Counted from the first letter of the stretch, positions 9,030 to 19,579 are shown. The stretch is DNA of 32,000 nucleotides from Thermosulfurimonas dismutans (GCF_001652585.1 NZ_LWLG01000013.1:30001-62000); one strand, 5' to 3'. Program-made: numbers and translations. Notes: generated by a model not told the origin, from the letters alone.

Positions 9030-9780
9030 CTCTACCCTCCTCGGGATAGCATCCCTCAAAAGCACTTTTCAAGAATTCCCTCACAAAGGGATGCTCGCTC
9101 TTTTTGATCTCTTCCGGAGTTCCCTCGGCTACCACCCTTCCTTCATTTAGGAACGCGATATAATCCGCCGCCATGAGAGCTATAGGGACATCGTGGGTAA
9201 CAACTACTCCGGTAAGACCATACTGCTGTTGAGTCTTCCGGATAAGTTTCATGGTGGCGACCTGAAGCATGGGATCAAGACCGGTAGTAGGCTCATCAAA
9301 AAGAATAATTTCGGGCTCAAGAGCCAAGGCCCGGGCAAGAGCCGCTCGTTTCTTCATACCTCCAGAAAGCTCAGCCGGATATTTGTTCCGGGCCTCAAGC
9401 AAACCCACTTGAGAAAGTTTCTCCTCCACCTTTCTTTGGATTTCTTTTTTGGAAAGCTTGGTATGTTCTATCAAAGGAAAAGCTACGTTTTCCGCCACCG
9501 TCATAGAATCAAAGAGAGCCCCCTCCTGGAAGAGGAATCCGAACTTACGCCTAAGTCTCTGCCACTCCTTTTCTGAAAGGTGGGTCACATCCTGACCGTC
9601 AATCAGGATTTGCCCTCGGTCCGGTTTGAGAAGACCTATGATATGTTTGAGGAGCACGCTCTTTCCGGTTCCGCTGCGGCCCATTATAAAAGTGAGCTTT
9701 CCCCGAGGGATCTCTAGATTGATCCCGTTTAGGACCGTCTGTTCCCCAAAACTCTTGTATAAATCGACCAATTTCACCAT
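9004..9780 (-). CDS. mlaF: ABC transporter ATP-binding protein (MlaF-like)
   Basis: Walker A GRSGTGKS, signature LSGGMKKR, Walker B ILFDEPTTGLD. Position between mlaE and mlaD. Confidence 0.9.
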   Translation of the reverse strand: MVKLVDLYKSFGEQTVLNGINLEIPRGKLTFIMGRSGTGKSVLLKHIIGLLKPDRGQILIDGQDVTHLSEKEWQRLRRKFGFLFQEGALFDSMTVAENVAFPLIEHTKLSKKEIQRKVEEKLSQVGLLEARNKYPAELSGGMKKRAALARALALEPEIILFDEPTTGLDPMLQVATMKLIRKTQQQYGLTGVVVTHDVPIALMAADYIAFLNEGRVVAEGTPEEIKKSEHPFVREFLKSAFEGCYPEEGRDVQEKHGD

Positions 9781-9782
9781 GA

Positions 9783-10580
9783 CTAAAAAAGAAGCGAGGT
9801 CAGGATATAGTCTCCCACCAGGATACTTACCGAAGCAATGACCACGGCCTCGGTGGTGGCCCGTCCTACCCCTTCTGCTCCCCCGGAGGCGTTATAACCT
9901 TTATAGCAACCAATTATAGACAACAAACCTCCGAACACGAAGGCCTTGTATATACCGCTCGAAAGATCCAGCCATTCCACCATTTCCTGCATCTTTCGAA
10001 TAAAGATTCCGGCATCCACATTCAAGAGCATGACCCCAACCAGGTAGCCACCGGCGATCCCCACCAGATCAGCAATGATAGTAAGAAGAGGCACCATAAT
10101 CACGGCCGCCCAGAAACGGGGCACCACCAAATAGTGAACCGGGTTTACAGCCATCACCTCCAAGGCATCGATCTGTTCGGTAACCCGCATAGAGCCCAGC
10201 TCGGCCGCCATGGCAGAGCCAGCACGGGCCGTAACCATAAGACTAGTAAGCACCGGCCCCAGCTCCCGCACAAGACTCAAAGCTACCAAACCTCCGAGAA
10301 GGCTTTCCCCTCCGAATTTGGAGAGGGCATGATACCCCTGAAAGGCCATTACCATTCCGGAAAAAAGGGCTGTAAGAACCACCACCAAAAGGGAATTGAC
10401 ACCAACAAACTCCATCTGTTTAAAAAAGAGCCTCAACCTAAAGGGAGGCCTAAAGGTATAAACCAGAGTAGTCAGAAAAAGAAGGGCCATCCCCCCGGCT
10501 TGAGAGATAAAATCTAACCCCACCCGCCCTAAATAAGACAAAAAGTTGAGCATTACGATCCACCTTCTCCTGGCTAGCAT
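9783..10580 (-). CDS. mlaE: ABC transporter permease (MlaE-like)
   Basis: Polytopic membrane protein with the typical MlaE stretch LGPVLTSLMVTARAGSAMAAELGSMRVTEQIDALEVMAVNP. The true start may be the internal MLNFLSY. Confidence 0.9.
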   Translation of the reverse strand: MLARRRWIVMLNFLSYLGRVGLDFISQAGGMALLFLTTLVYTFRPPFRLRLFFKQMEFVGVNSLLVVVLTALFSGMVMAFQGYHALSKFGGESLLGGLVALSLVRELGPVLTSLMVTARAGSAMAAELGSMRVTEQIDALEVMAVNPVHYLVVPRFWAAVIMVPLLTIIADLVGIAGGYLVGVMLLNVDAGIFIRKMQEMVEWLDLSSGIYKAFVFGGLLSIIGCYKGYNASGGAEGVGRATTEAVVIASVSILVGDYILTSLLF

Positions 10581-10584
10581 TATT

Positions 10585-11433
10585 TTATACCTGATCCAAA
10601 CTACTAAGCAAGCTTCCTATTTCATTAAAATTTGGTACTCCAGATAACCCTGGCCGGCTAACCCCGATAGCGGCCATTCTTATGGCCTTTTCTAAGGCTT
10701 CTTCCGGACTTTTCCCTCTATAGAGAAAGGCAAAAAAGGCCCCTGCCAAGATATCTCCGGCCCCAGTAGGATCTACGACTTCCACCTTTCGGGCCGGAAC
10801 AAATTTTTCTTTTGAATTTGAATTTATAAAGAGACTTGCACCTTCCGCGCCCCTGGTCAACACAAGTATTTCCGAAATATTTTTTAGTTCTTTTAGTAAC
10901 CCCTCCGGATCCGCAGAAAGATCCTCCTCACTTAGTACCAAAGCGTGAAAATGGGGAGCCTTTGATAGATCCGGACGAGCATGAATGACGGCCCCGTCAG
11001 GGGCCACTCTCCGAAACCAACCCTGAGGATTGCCTACCAAAAAACGAAAACGAAAAAGCTCAACATAAACCTTTCCCTCTATCGGAACTTCGTCCAAGAT
11101 CGGAGCCAGATGTAGGACATCCGTTTCAATAGGTCTATTTAGCAAAGAAAAATCAAGAGGTTTGGCTCTGGCATGTACCTTTTGTCTTCGTCCATAGGGG
11201 GTTTCTTGATTTTCGAAAACCGTAGTCTCCGGTGAAATTTGATTATGAATGAAGAGCTCCGGAAAAAGGTTCTTTAGTTCTTCAGGGTCTTCGGCCGAGG
11301 CCGTAATAACGTGGGTCTCGAAACCCAACCTTCTTACCATGAGACCGGCGTAAAGTACGGCCCCACCGAAACGAAAACCGCCTTTCGGTACTAGGTCCCG
11401 GGTAATGTGCCCCAATAGGAGATAGCGGGCCAT
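10585..11433 (-). CDS. PfkB-family carbohydrate/nucleoside kinase
   Basis: C-terminal DPTGAGD motif and ribokinase-like layout. Substrate unknown. Confidence 0.75.
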   Translation of the reverse strand: MARYLLLGHITRDLVPKGGFRFGGAVLYAGLMVRRLGFETHVITASAEDPEELKNLFPELFIHNQISPETTVFENQETPYGRRQKVHARAKPLDFSLLNRPIETDVLHLAPILDEVPIEGKVYVELFRFRFLVGNPQGWFRRVAPDGAVIHARPDLSKAPHFHALVLSEEDLSADPEGLLKELKNISEILVLTRGAEGASLFINSNSKEKFVPARKVEVVDPTGAGDILAGAFFAFLYRGKSPEEALEKAIRMAAIGVSRPGLSGVPNFNEIGSLLSSLDQV

Positions 11434-13092
11434 TTAGTCTTCGAAAACTGCTCCTTTGGCCCCTGAACTTACCAGTTTTGCGTATCGGGCAAGGACTCCG
11501 GAAACCTTTTTCTTTTTGGGCCTCCAGGCCTTGCGCCGAGTAGAAAGTTCATCCTCCGAGACCAAGAGCTCTAGTTTCCTCTCCGGAATATCTATCCGGA
11601 TACGATCTCCATCTTTTACCAAGGCGATGGGGCCACCTTCGGCGGCCTCAGGAGAAACATGCCCGATACAGGCCCCCTGAGTACCACCGCTGAAACGTCC
11701 GTCCGTAATCAAAGCCACTGAGGAACCGAGTCCCATACCAATGATGGCTGAAGTGGGAGACAGCATTTCCCGCATCCCGGGACCGCCCTTGGGTCCCTCG
11801 TAACGAATGACCACCACATCCCCCGGCTTTATCTTTCCACCAAGAATGGCCCGGTAGGCCTCCTCCTCGGAATCAAAAACTCGGGCTGGCCCCTCATGTT
11901 TCATCATTTCGGGAACCACGGCACTGGTCTTGACCACCGCCCCCTCCGGAGCCAGATTTCCCCAAAGTATGGCAATACCCCCTTCCTCTCGATAAGCCTT
12001 CTCTACGGGCCTTATAACTTCGGGATTGAGGATGCAGGCCTCTTTTAGGATTTCTTTGAGTTTTTTACCTGTGCTGGTAAGCACACCGGTCTCTATCACC
12101 CCCACTTTGGTCAGCTCCGCCATGACCGCCGGTATGCCCCCGGCCTCATGAAGTTCGGGCACACTGTAAGGCCCGGAAGGGATAAGGCTCGCCAAAACTG
12201 GCGTCTTGCGGGAGATCTCGTCAAAGACCTCAAGAGGGAGCTCAAGACCCGCCTCCCGAGCGATGGCCGGTACATGAAGGACGGTGTTGGTGGAACAGCC
12301 CAAGGCCATGTCCACCGCGATGGCATTACGAAAGGCCTCCGCAGTAGCGATCTTACGGGGGGTGATCCTCTTTTTAAGGAGTTCGACCACCTTCATCCCG
12401 GTCCTTTTGGCCAGACGTAGTCTTTCAGCCGTGACCGCTGGTATGGTCCCGTTTCCGGGAAGCGCCAAACCTAGAGCCTCGGAAAGGCAGTTCATGGAAT
12501 TGGCCGTAAACATCCCGGCACAGGAACCGCAAGTAGGACAGGCACATTCCTCAAGCTCCGCTAGGTCCTCCTCGGTCATCTCTCCGGCCTTGACCCGCCC
12601 CACGCCTTCAAAGACCGAAATGAGATTGACCTTGCGTCCGCGGAAACTGCCGGTAAGCATGGGGCCGCCGGAGACGAGAAGAGCCGGGATATTGAGCCTC
12701 AAAGCCGCCATGAGCATCCCCGGGGTGATCTTGTCACAGCTTGAGACCAGGACCAGGGCGTCAAAGGCATGGGCCTGAGTCATGATCTCTATGGCATCGG
12801 CGATTATTTCACGGCTCACCAGAGAATAGCGCATGCCTTCGTGGTTCATGGCAATGCCATCGCAGACCCCGATAACCCCAAACTCAATCGGAACCCCTCC
12901 GGCCATCCGTACCCCGGCCTTAACGGCTTCGGTAATCTGACGGAGGTGCATGTGGCCGGGAACAATTTCATTAAAGGAATTGGCAATCCCTATTAAAGGT
13001 TTCTTGAGCTCCTCATCCGTGAGGCCTAAGGCCTTCAAAAGGGATCGGTGAGGGGCCCTTTCCAGCCCCTTCTTGACACGATCACTCCGCAT
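11434..13092 (-). CDS. ilvD: dihydroxy-acid dehydratase
   Basis: Full-length IlvD pattern ([19 protein letters not shown]..., [26 protein letters not shown]). I start it at ATG 13092. The track's extra MGGGLD is the translated SD GGGAGGAGG. Confidence 0.95.
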   Translation of the reverse strand: MRSDRVKKGLERAPHRSLLKALGLTDEELKKPLIGIANSFNEIVPGHMHLRQITEAVKAGVRMAGGVPIEFGVIGVCDGIAMNHEGMRYSLVSREIIADAIEIMTQAHAFDALVLVSSCDKITPGMLMAALRLNIPALLVSGGPMLTGSFRGRKVNLISVFEGVGRVKAGEMTEEDLAELEECACPTCGSCAGMFTANSMNCLSEALGLALPGNGTIPAVTAERLRLAKRTGMKVVELLKKRITPRKIATAEAFRNAIAVDMALGCSTNTVLHVPAIAREAGLELPLEVFDEISRKTPVLASLIPSGPYSVPELHEAGGIPAVMAELTKVGVIETGVLTSTGKKLKEILKEACILNPEVIRPVEKAYREEGGIAILWGNLAPEGAVVKTSAVVPEMMKHEGPARVFDSEEEAYRAILGGKIKPGDVVVIRYEGPKGGPGMREMLSPTSAIIGMGLGSSVALITDGRFSGGTQGACIGHVSPEAAEGGPIALVKDGDRIRIDIPERKLELLVSEDELSTRRKAWRPKKKKVSGVLARYAKLVSSGAKGAVFED

Positions 13093-13201
13093 ATCTAAAC
13101 CTCCTCCCAAGTTTCAATCACTATAATAATCTTCTTTATAACACCCTTGCTTTTTCAATAAAAGCGGTTAACTTTAGGCCAAATTGAAAAGGGGGTTCAT
13201 T

Positions 13202-13426
13202 ATGCGAGAAGAGGTCGAGGCCGCTCTGGCCAAAGTCAGGCCCATGCTTCAGGCCGATGGTGGAGACGTGGAGCTGGTGGACATCACGGAGGATGGGGTG
13301 GTAAAGGTTCGTCTCCGTGGGGCCTGCGGGACCTGTCCCATGTCTCAGATGACCCTTAAGATGGGTATTGAACGTTACCTCAAAAAAGAAGTCCCAGAGG
13401 TCAAGGCTGTAGAAGCCGTAATGTAA
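13202..13426 (+). CDS. NifU C-terminal-domain (Nfu-type) Fe-S scaffold protein
   Basis: [17 protein letters not shown]...[17 protein letters not shown] (CxxC). ATG 13202 is preceded by AAGGGGG. Confidence 0.8.
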   Translation: MREEVEAALAKVRPMLQADGGDVELVDITEDGVVKVRLRGACGTCPMSQMTLKMGIERYLKKEVPEVKAVEAVM

Positions 13427-13438
13427 GGAGGTTGCGGG

Positions 13439-13702
13439 ATGGCCCGCGTTACAGTTGAAGATTGTCTAGAAAAGGTTCCCAGCCGCTTTAGACTTATTCA
13501 TTTAACGGTAGAGCGGGTAAGACAACTGCGCAAGGGGGCCAAACCCCTGGTAGAATGTGATAACCGCGAAATTGTGACCGCTCTCAGGGAAATTGCGGCT
13601 GGTAAGGTAACCTTCGAAAATATCAAAGAATTGGCCAAGGAAGCCGAAGACTTCTCCATTTCTGACCTTCTTGAAGGTAAAGGGCCCGGTAAAGAGTCGT
13701 GA
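13439..13702 (+). CDS. rpoZ: DNA-directed RNA polymerase subunit omega
   Basis: [38 protein letters not shown] is the canonical RpoZ N-terminus. SD AGGAGG upstream. Confidence 0.88.
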   Translation: MARVTVEDCLEKVPSRFRLIHLTVERVRQLRKGAKPLVECDNREIVTALREIAAGKVTFENIKELAKEAEDFSISDLLEGKGPGKES

Positions 13703-14820
13703 AGGAAAAAGACTACTATGCCATCCTGGGAGTTTCACGTAACGCCACCCAGGAGGAGATTAAAAAGGCCTACCGGCGTCTGGCGTTAAAATACCATCCC
13801 GACCGCAATCCTGGAGACCGGGAAGCGGAGGAACGGTTCAAGGAAATCTCCGAGGCCTATGAAGTTCTTTCGGATCCTCAGAAAAGGGCCATCTATGATT
13901 CTCAGGGATTCTCTGGCCTACATCGGACGGGTTTTCGTGGTTTCGAAGACGTAGAGGACATCTTTTCTGCCTTTTCTGATCTCTTTGAAGAGTTCTTCGG
14001 TTTCGGCTTTAAAGAGAAACCAGGCCGACGCCCCAGGTCCGGAGCTGATCTCTCCTACGAGATCTCGCTCACCCTTGAGGAAGTCTATCGAGGCAAGGAA
14101 ACCGAGGTTACCCTTGAGCTTTATCAAAAATGCGAGGAATGTGCGGGTTCAGGATTGGCGCCCGGGGCCGGCCCACGGTATTGCCCGGTTTGTAAAGGCC
14201 GGGGGCATATCGTGCATTCGGAGGGCTTTTTTAGGCTGAGCACCACTTGTCCGCATTGTCACGGGATGGGCACTTACGTTTCCGATCCCTGCCCCAAGTG
14301 TCACGGTGAAGGTCGGATCTGGGGGCGTAAAAAACTCCGAGTCAAGATTCCTCCCGGGGTAGAAGAAGGTTCTCTTATCCGCATTCCCGGTGAGGGCGAG
14401 GCCGGACTATATGGTGGTCCCCCGGGGGACCTCTATCTTAAGGTAAGGATCAAACCTCACGAATATTTCCGCCGGGAAGGCAAAGATCTTCATCTTGATC
14501 TCGTGGTCGGTGTGGTGGACGCCATCCTCGGAGCCGAAACAGAAGTCACCCATCTTTCCGGGGAAAGGATCAAGATCAAGATTCCCAAGGGAAGTCAACC
14601 CGGAGATCGCATCACTATAAAGGGTAAAGGACTTCCGGATTCCCGCGGGGGGGCTCCCGGAGACCTTATCGTCCATCTTCAAGTAAAGCTACCTTCCAAA
14701 GTAAATCGGGAGCAGGAAGAGCTTCTCCGACGGTTCGCCGAACTCGAAAAGGAAAAGGCCCCCAGGATTAAATCGCAACGCAAGAAGAGCTTTCTAGGAA
14801 AAATTTTCGGAGAAGCCTGA
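13699..14820 (+). CDS. dnaJ: type I DnaJ co-chaperone
   Basis: J domain (DYYAILGV...YHPDRNPGD), G/F region, and four CxxCxGxG zinc-finger repeats ([32 protein letters not shown]). GTGA overlap with the rpoZ stop. Confidence 0.9.
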   Translation: MKEKDYYAILGVSRNATQEEIKKAYRRLALKYHPDRNPGDREAEERFKEISEAYEVLSDPQKRAIYDSQGFSGLHRTGFRGFEDVEDIFSAFSDLFEEFFGFGFKEKPGRRPRSGADLSYEISLTLEEVYRGKETEVTLELYQKCEECAGSGLAPGAGPRYCPVCKGRGHIVHSEGFFRLSTTCPHCHGMGTYVSDPCPKCHGEGRIWGRKKLRVKIPPGVEEGSLIRIPGEGEAGLYGGPPGDLYLKVRIKPHEYFRREGKDLHLDLVVGVVDAILGAETEVTHLSGERIKIKIPKGSQPGDRITIKGKGLPDSRGGAPGDLIVHLQVKLPSKVNREQEELLRRFAELEKEKAPRIKSQRKKSFLGKIFGEA

Positions 14821-15323
14821 TGGCATTTACGCATCTTGCCGAAGACGGTTCAGCCCGGATGGTGGATGTCTCCGAGAAAGTCCCTACGGCTAGGGAGGCC
14901 GTGGCTCGGGGACGGGTCATCTTGGGAGACAAAGTTTTTCCTCTAGTAAAAGACCGCAATCTTCCCAAAGGGGACCTTTTCGGCGCTGCCCGGATCGCCG
15001 GAATACTAGCGGCCAAAAAAACCCCGGAACTCATCCCTCTCTGTCATCCTCTACCCATAAGCAAGATCGAAATCCATTTTGCCCTGAACGAAGCGGAAAA
15101 AAGTCTTGAAATCGAGGCCCGGGTGAAAACCGTAGCCCAGACCGGAGTGGAAATGGAGGCCCTTACGGCCGTATCAGTAGCTGCCCTTACGATCTATGAC
15201 ATGTGTAAAGGTATTGACAAAGGGATACGGATAACGGATATTCGCCTTCTTGAGAAAAGAGGGGGCAAGAGCGGAGAGATCATTCTGGAAAAAGGAGGAC
15301 TTCATGGATCCCAAAAAGCTTGA
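14820..15323 (+). CDS. moaC: cyclic pyranopterin monophosphate synthase accessory protein
   Basis: MVDVSEK..T.REA.A.G......KGDLFGAARIAGILAAKKTPELIPLCHPL...TGVEMEALTAVSVAALTIYDMCK. Confidence 0.9.
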   Translation: MAFTHLAEDGSARMVDVSEKVPTAREAVARGRVILGDKVFPLVKDRNLPKGDLFGAARIAGILAAKKTPELIPLCHPLPISKIEIHFALNEAEKSLEIEARVKTVAQTGVEMEALTAVSVAALTIYDMCKGIDKGIRITDIRLLEKRGGKSGEIILEKGGLHGSQKA

Positions 15324-15666
15324 ATACTTCAAAAACCTCCTGCTTGAAAAGAGGCAAAAACTAGTTCAGGAAGCCGATCGCACCTTTCATTCTCTTGAAG
15401 GGGGGAGCGAACGCCTGGCTGATCCTACGGATATCGCCTCCAAGGAAAGTGATCTTGGTTTTGAACTCCGCATTCGTGACCGGGAGCGCAAACTTATCAG
15501 GAAGATAGACAAGGCCCTGCAGAAGATTGAAGAAGGGTCTTACGGGATCTGTGAGGCCTGCGGAGAGGAGATTGAGGAAAAGCGTCTCATGGCCCGTCCG
15601 GAGGCCACTCTCTGCATCCGCTGCAAACGAGAGCAGGAGCGTCTGGAGAAACTTCGCGGAGAATAG
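15304..15666 (+). CDS. DksA/TraR-family C4 zinc-finger protein
   Basis: C-terminal CEACGEEIEEKRLMARPEATLCIRCK preceded by a coiled-coil. Start taken at MDPKKLEYF (15304). Confidence 0.8.
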   Translation: MDPKKLEYFKNLLLEKRQKLVQEADRTFHSLEGGSERLADPTDIASKESDLGFELRIRDRERKLIRKIDKALQKIEEGSYGICEACGEEIEEKRLMARPEATLCIRCKREQERLEKLRGE

Positions 15667-15672
15667 CCTAAA

Positions 15673-16668
15673 GTGCCGGAATTCCGGCGAGACCCTGTAA
15701 GCGGTCGCTGGGCCATCATCGCCCCCGAGAGAGGAAAAAGGCCTACTGATTTCCTTCTCCCTGAAGAAAATACCAAAGAGGGACGTTGTCCTCTATGCCC
15801 TGGGAGTGAAGACCTCACTCCTCCGGAAGTGCTAGCCCTTGGAAGACCTGAAGAAGCCCCACCTAATAGCCCCGGATGGAAGGTAAGGGTTGTCCCTAAC
15901 AAATATCCGGCCCTCATACCCGGAGAAATAGAAAAAGAAACGGAGGGGCTTTATGAAAGGTTTTCCGGGGCGGGGGTTCACGAGGTCATCGTAGAAACCC
16001 CGGAACACGGAAAGTCTCTGGTCAGGTTCAGTCCCAACGAGCTGGCCCTGGTCTTCGAGGCCTACCGTTTGAGACTTGAGGAGCTGGCTCGAGACGGGCG
16101 ATGGCGATATGTACTTATCTTCAAGAATCGAGGTGCCCGGGCTGGAGCCTCTCTGAGTCACGATCACAGCCAGCTCGTGGCTCTGCCCCTGATCCCGGAG
16201 TTGGTAAAAATTGAACTCGAAAGAAGCCGGATCTATCATGAAAGGAATGGAGAATGCCTTTTCTGTAAGCTCGTCAAAAGTGAACAGAATGGCCCCCGGC
16301 GGATTTGCGAAAACGAACGTTTTTTGGCCTTTATGGCCTACGCCCCCAGACAACCACTTGAGACCTGGATTATGCCTAAAAAGCACCGCAGCGACTTCCT
16401 AGACCATTTCGACGAAAACCTCGAGGCATTGTGTGATATTTTTCTCAAGGTCTTCGGAAAGCTTGAGGCCATTCTTCCGGGGTTGCCTTACAATTTTGTA
16501 CTGCACACTGCCCCCCTCGGAAGCGCTCCCCTGCCCTACTATCACTGGCACTTTGAAATCATTCCTTGTCTAACCCGGGTGGCGGGCTTTGAATGGGGTA
16601 CCGGGGCCTATATCGTGCCCTTGCTTCCCGAGGAGGCCGCGGCCTTTTTGCGTGATATCTCTCCATGA
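15673..16668 (+). CDS. GalT-like hexose-1-phosphate nucleotidyltransferase (HIT superfamily)
   Basis: N-terminal RRDPVSGRWAIIAPERGKRP, zinc knuckle CPLCPG, active-site HDHSQL (HxHxQ). GTG start. Confidence 0.8.
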   Translation: MPEFRRDPVSGRWAIIAPERGKRPTDFLLPEENTKEGRCPLCPGSEDLTPPEVLALGRPEEAPPNSPGWKVRVVPNKYPALIPGEIEKETEGLYERFSGAGVHEVIVETPEHGKSLVRFSPNELALVFEAYRLRLEELARDGRWRYVLIFKNRGARAGASLSHDHSQLVALPLIPELVKIELERSRIYHERNGECLFCKLVKSEQNGPRRICENERFLAFMAYAPRQPLETWIMPKKHRSDFLDHFDENLEALCDIFLKVFGKLEAILPGLPYNFVLHTAPLGSAPLPYYHWHFEIIPCLTRVAGFEWGTGAYIVPLLPEEAAAFLRDISP

Positions 16669-17300
16669 ATCGCAAATTATTCCAAAACGAAATCCGAAAA
16701 ATTGTCCCCGAGCTTAACGAGACTCAACTAGAGAAGCTCTTCCTTTATGCCGAACTCCTGCAAGAGGTAGCCTACGCCCTAGGCCTCAGCAATTTGTCTC
16801 GAGAAGCGGACATCCTCGAAAAACACCTCCTCGACAGCCTCATGCTACTTCCCCATCTACCGGAAGGTCCCTTCTGTGATCTTGGAAGTGGCGCCGGGCT
16901 TCCGGGAATACCCCTAAAGATCGTCCGCCCCGAAACCGAGGTCTATCTGGTAGACTCCCGCCGGAAGGCCGTGTCCTTTTTGGAGTACGCCGCAGCAAGA
17001 CTAGGTCTCGAAAGATTGGAGATCCTAAAAGCCCGGGTCGAGGCCCCCGAGGTGCCCCGCGAATACTTCGCCGCTGTGGTCTCCCGAGCGGTGACCGCCC
17101 TCTCCGAACTCTGGGATTTGGCCTACCCCCTCCTGAGACCCGGAGGAAAACTTCTGGCCTTAAAGGGCCCGCGTGGAAGAGAAGAGGTAGAGGCCTTACA
17201 GGAAAGACATCCGAAGCTTCCCATCCGGAGTCATCCCTACGAGCTCCCTTGCGGAAGACCCGGAACGGTGGTGGAGGTGCTCAAATCGTCTCCCAGTTAA
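16665..17300 (+). CDS. rsmG: 16S rRNA (guanine527-N7)-methyltransferase
   Basis: GidB layout with SAM motif DLGSGAGLPGIPLKI and SRAV motif. Confidence 0.85.
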   Translation: MNRKLFQNEIRKIVPELNETQLEKLFLYAELLQEVAYALGLSNLSREADILEKHLLDSLMLLPHLPEGPFCDLGSGAGLPGIPLKIVRPETEVYLVDSRRKAVSFLEYAAARLGLERLEILKARVEAPEVPREYFAAVVSRAVTALSELWDLAYPLLRPGGKLLALKGPRGREEVEALQERHPKLPIRSHPYELPCGRPGTVVEVLKSSPS

Positions 17301-17475
17301 GACAGTTGGGACAAACCCAAGTGATGGCGTTACAAGAAAAGTGCTTCTGATCCTGGGATAGACATCGCTGACAAACCGTAAAACCGCACTTCCGGCAGCG
17401 CCAAACCAGGGGCATCTCCTGGCCGCAGAACTCACATTTCCCAGCCCCGTATTTAGTCCTTCTAAAGGCTCGCAT
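17281..17475 (-). CDS. small Cys-rich zinc-ribbon protein (64 aa)
   Basis: MRAFRRTKYGAGKCEFCGQEMPLVWRCRKCGFTVCQRCLSQDQKHFSCNAITWVCPNCLNWETI has four CxxC pairs plus one extra Cys. Its 3' end overlaps the rsmG 3' end by 20 nt (convergent). Confidence 0.45.
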   Translation of the reverse strand: MRAFRRTKYGAGKCEFCGQEMPLVWRCRKCGFTVCQRCLSQDQKHFSCNAITWVCPNCLNWETI

Positions 17476-18214
17476 CTTTGCGCCTGGCTTTGAGTTTGGC
17501 ATCGTGAGCCGCAATCTTGGCGATCTTTTTTTCTAACTTAATAAGTCTTTTTTCCTCCGAAAGCCAGGGGTGATAACGAAAATAGGCCTCCAGAAACGCT
17601 TTTTCAAACTCTCGGGTTCCCGGCCCTAGAATCTGCCTGGCAGAATAAAAAAGTTCGGCGAGGTCCTTAATGACCCAGTAGGGTTTGATTTTGCGGGCTC
17701 TACGCACTCGCTGGAGATCGATCATAAAGAGTCTTTTTCCGTCCCAAAACAGATGACAAAGATAGAAATCTTGGTGGGAAAACCCCAGGGCATGAAAACG
17801 GGCCGCGGTCTCCACCAGGGGCGGAAGGAGTTTGCGGAAGAGCTCCGGACTCTCTTTAAAGAGGTCCTCAAGACGTCTTCCGGGGACCTCGCGAAACAGG
17901 CTCAAGGCCCGATGACGCCTCAGGCCGCGCTCAAGGCCAAAGGCGACGGGCTCCGGCACATGAAAACCATGGGCAGAAAGTTCCCTGGCCGCCCACCATT
18001 CCCTCTCGGCTCCACTCTTGAGAAAGCCAAAGAGTGGAAATCGAAAATACCGCTTCAAAAAAAAGCGATCGTCTCCAAGCTCAAGTAGGGCTATCTCCCG
18101 ATCCTTCTTGGATTTGAAGGGCTTGGTGGGAGCCTTCCAGAGAGCTTCAAAGGTGACCAATCCCTGACCTTTAAGTAATTCTTGCCAGCGCGGGCTGATC
18201 TCAAATATCGTCAT
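17462..18214 (-). CDS. lipopolysaccharide-kinase (Kdo/WaaP/InaA) family protein
   Basis: Kinase-like core with HALGFSHQDFYLCHLFW and FMIDLQRV (catalytic / DxD-like region), typical of the InaA/Kdo-kinase family as I recall it. Confidence 0.65.
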   Translation of the reverse strand: MTIFEISPRWQELLKGQGLVTFEALWKAPTKPFKSKKDREIALLELGDDRFFLKRYFRFPLFGFLKSGAEREWWAARELSAHGFHVPEPVAFGLERGLRRHRALSLFREVPGRRLEDLFKESPELFRKLLPPLVETAARFHALGFSHQDFYLCHLFWDGKRLFMIDLQRVRRARKIKPYWVIKDLAELFYSARQILGPGTREFEKAFLEAYFRYHPWLSEEKRLIKLEKKIAKIAAHDAKLKARRKDASL

Positions 18215-19509
18215 GCCGACAACTCCCGGACATATCTTTTGAGCTCCTCTATAGCCTCCCAGTCCGGACTTTTGAAGGCCGGAAAGACGGAGTTATTGTG
18301 AAAGATAGGGTCCTCGGAAAGAGGATATCGCGAAATCCTTTCGGTCTCCTCGAAAAGAGGTGTCCCCGGAATAGGGGAAAATTCCGCAAGTACGGGTCTG
18401 GCCCCGGCCTGAGCCACGAACTCCGCGGCCTTCTTTACCTCCGCAAGGGTTTGCCCCGGAAGACCGAAGAGGAGATAGGCCCCTAACTCCCTGGCCGTAA
18501 AACCGGCCTCCCTTAAATAGGCCACCGCCTGCCCAAACTCCTCCTCGTTCACTTTACGATCGAGCCTCTGCCCCACGGTCTCAAGTCCTAGCCGCAGGGT
18601 AACAAATCCGGACTGCTTGAGAAACCCCGCCACCTCTCGGTTGATGAACCGCGCATGCAGGGCATTGGGCGTATGGAAGCGGACTCTAATTCCGGCTGAA
18701 AGGACGCCCTCCAGGATGACTGCCAGATGGTTCTCAAAGTCAAGAAGAAGGGCATCGTCGTAAAAGGCAAAATCCACTACCCCGTAATGCTCGTGCCAGT
18801 AAAGGATCTCAGAGACAACCTCCTCCGGAGACCGCCTCTCAAAATCCGGAAATAGTCTCGTCGAGGCACAATAGGGACACCGAAAGGGACAGCCCCTTCC
18901 AGTAAGAAGGACAACATAGGGTATTTGCCGCTGGAGATCAAAGATTGGAAAGGAATGGGAATTAGGCTCACCTGTAGGATCGCAAAGTTCAGAGATCCTC
19001 TTCAAGATCCTTTCCTCGGCGTGCTCGGTTATGATCTCAGCCCCGGGAAAGATCTCCCTGGCGTGTTCCGGGCAGAGGCGAGCGTAAACTCCTCCAAGAA
19101 GCACGGGAGTATCTGGGAAACGGCTCCTGAGCAGCCGGAAGGCCTCAAGGGTCCCAGGATACCAGTAGGTGAGCAGACAGGTGATGAGGATGACTTTCGG
19201 GGGTTTGAGACCGGCCACTTCTTTCTCGGCCAATTTTCTGGGAAGCCCGTAGCGGGCCAAACGCCGGGGCACGTCTTCGAAGAAGATCGGCTTGGGGACC
19301 TCCTCTCGCCAGAAATGGCCGGTACCATAGGCCCGGCGTTTCGGCTTTCGGGGAAGCTCGGGGTGGAAGGGATCCAGAAGATCCAGAAATTCTACTCGAT
19401 ACCCTTCTTTCCTGAGAAGACCACCAAGTCTTAAAAGCCCGTAGGGTCTCAGCCAGAAATCGTAGGCCGCAAAGTCATAGATCCAAGGATTGACTAACAG
19501 AACATCCAC
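18211..19509 (-). CDS. B12-binding-domain radical SAM protein
   Basis: N-terminal VDVLLVNPW... B12-like domain and radical SAM cluster GRGCPFRCPYCAS. I prefer GTG 19509 as the start. The track's extra 22 codons (to 19575) are the translation of a tRNA remnant. Confidence 0.85.
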   Translation of the reverse strand: MDVLLVNPWIYDFAAYDFWLRPYGLLRLGGLLRKEGYRVEFLDLLDPFHPELPRKPKRRAYGTGHFWREEVPKPIFFEDVPRRLARYGLPRKLAEKEVAGLKPPKVILITCLLTYWYPGTLEAFRLLRSRFPDTPVLLGGVYARLCPEHAREIFPGAEIITEHAEERILKRISELCDPTGEPNSHSFPIFDLQRQIPYVVLLTGRGCPFRCPYCASTRLFPDFERRSPEEVVSEILYWHEHYGVVDFAFYDDALLLDFENHLAVILEGVLSAGIRVRFHTPNALHARFINREVAGFLKQSGFVTLRLGLETVGQRLDRKVNEEEFGQAVAYLREAGFTARELGAYLLFGLPGQTLAEVKKAAEFVAQAGARPVLAEFSPIPGTPLFEETERISRYPLSEDPIFHNNSVFPAFKSPDWEAIEELKRYVRELSA

Positions 19510-19519
19510 AGGAAACCAC

Positions 19520-19563
19520 TGGCGGCCCCACCGGGACTCGAACCCGGGTCTCTGGCGTGAGAG
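19520..19563 (-). pseudogene. orphan tRNA 3' half (anticodon-loop 3' side, variable loop, T arm, acceptor 3' strand, CCA); att-site-like remnant
   Basis: Minus strand reads CTCTCAC-GCCAG-AGAC-CCGGG-TTCGAGT-CCCGG-TGGGGCC-G-CCA. It has a canonical T stem-loop and an encoded CCA. No complementary 5' acceptor strand (GGCCCCA), D arm or 5' anticodon stem lies upstream. Possibly Glu(CUC)-type if the 7 nt are the anticodon loop. Confidence 0.75.
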
Positions 19564-19579
19564 TAGGATTCGCATTTCT

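Noticed and set aside
19510-19575. The N-terminal 22 codons of the 454-aa radical SAM ORF (MRILLSRQRPGFESRWGRQWFP)
   Set aside because: These codons are the translation of the tRNA remnant plus island-side DNA. The B12-domain consensus starts at VDVLLVNPW (GTG 19509). The start choice remains uncertain.
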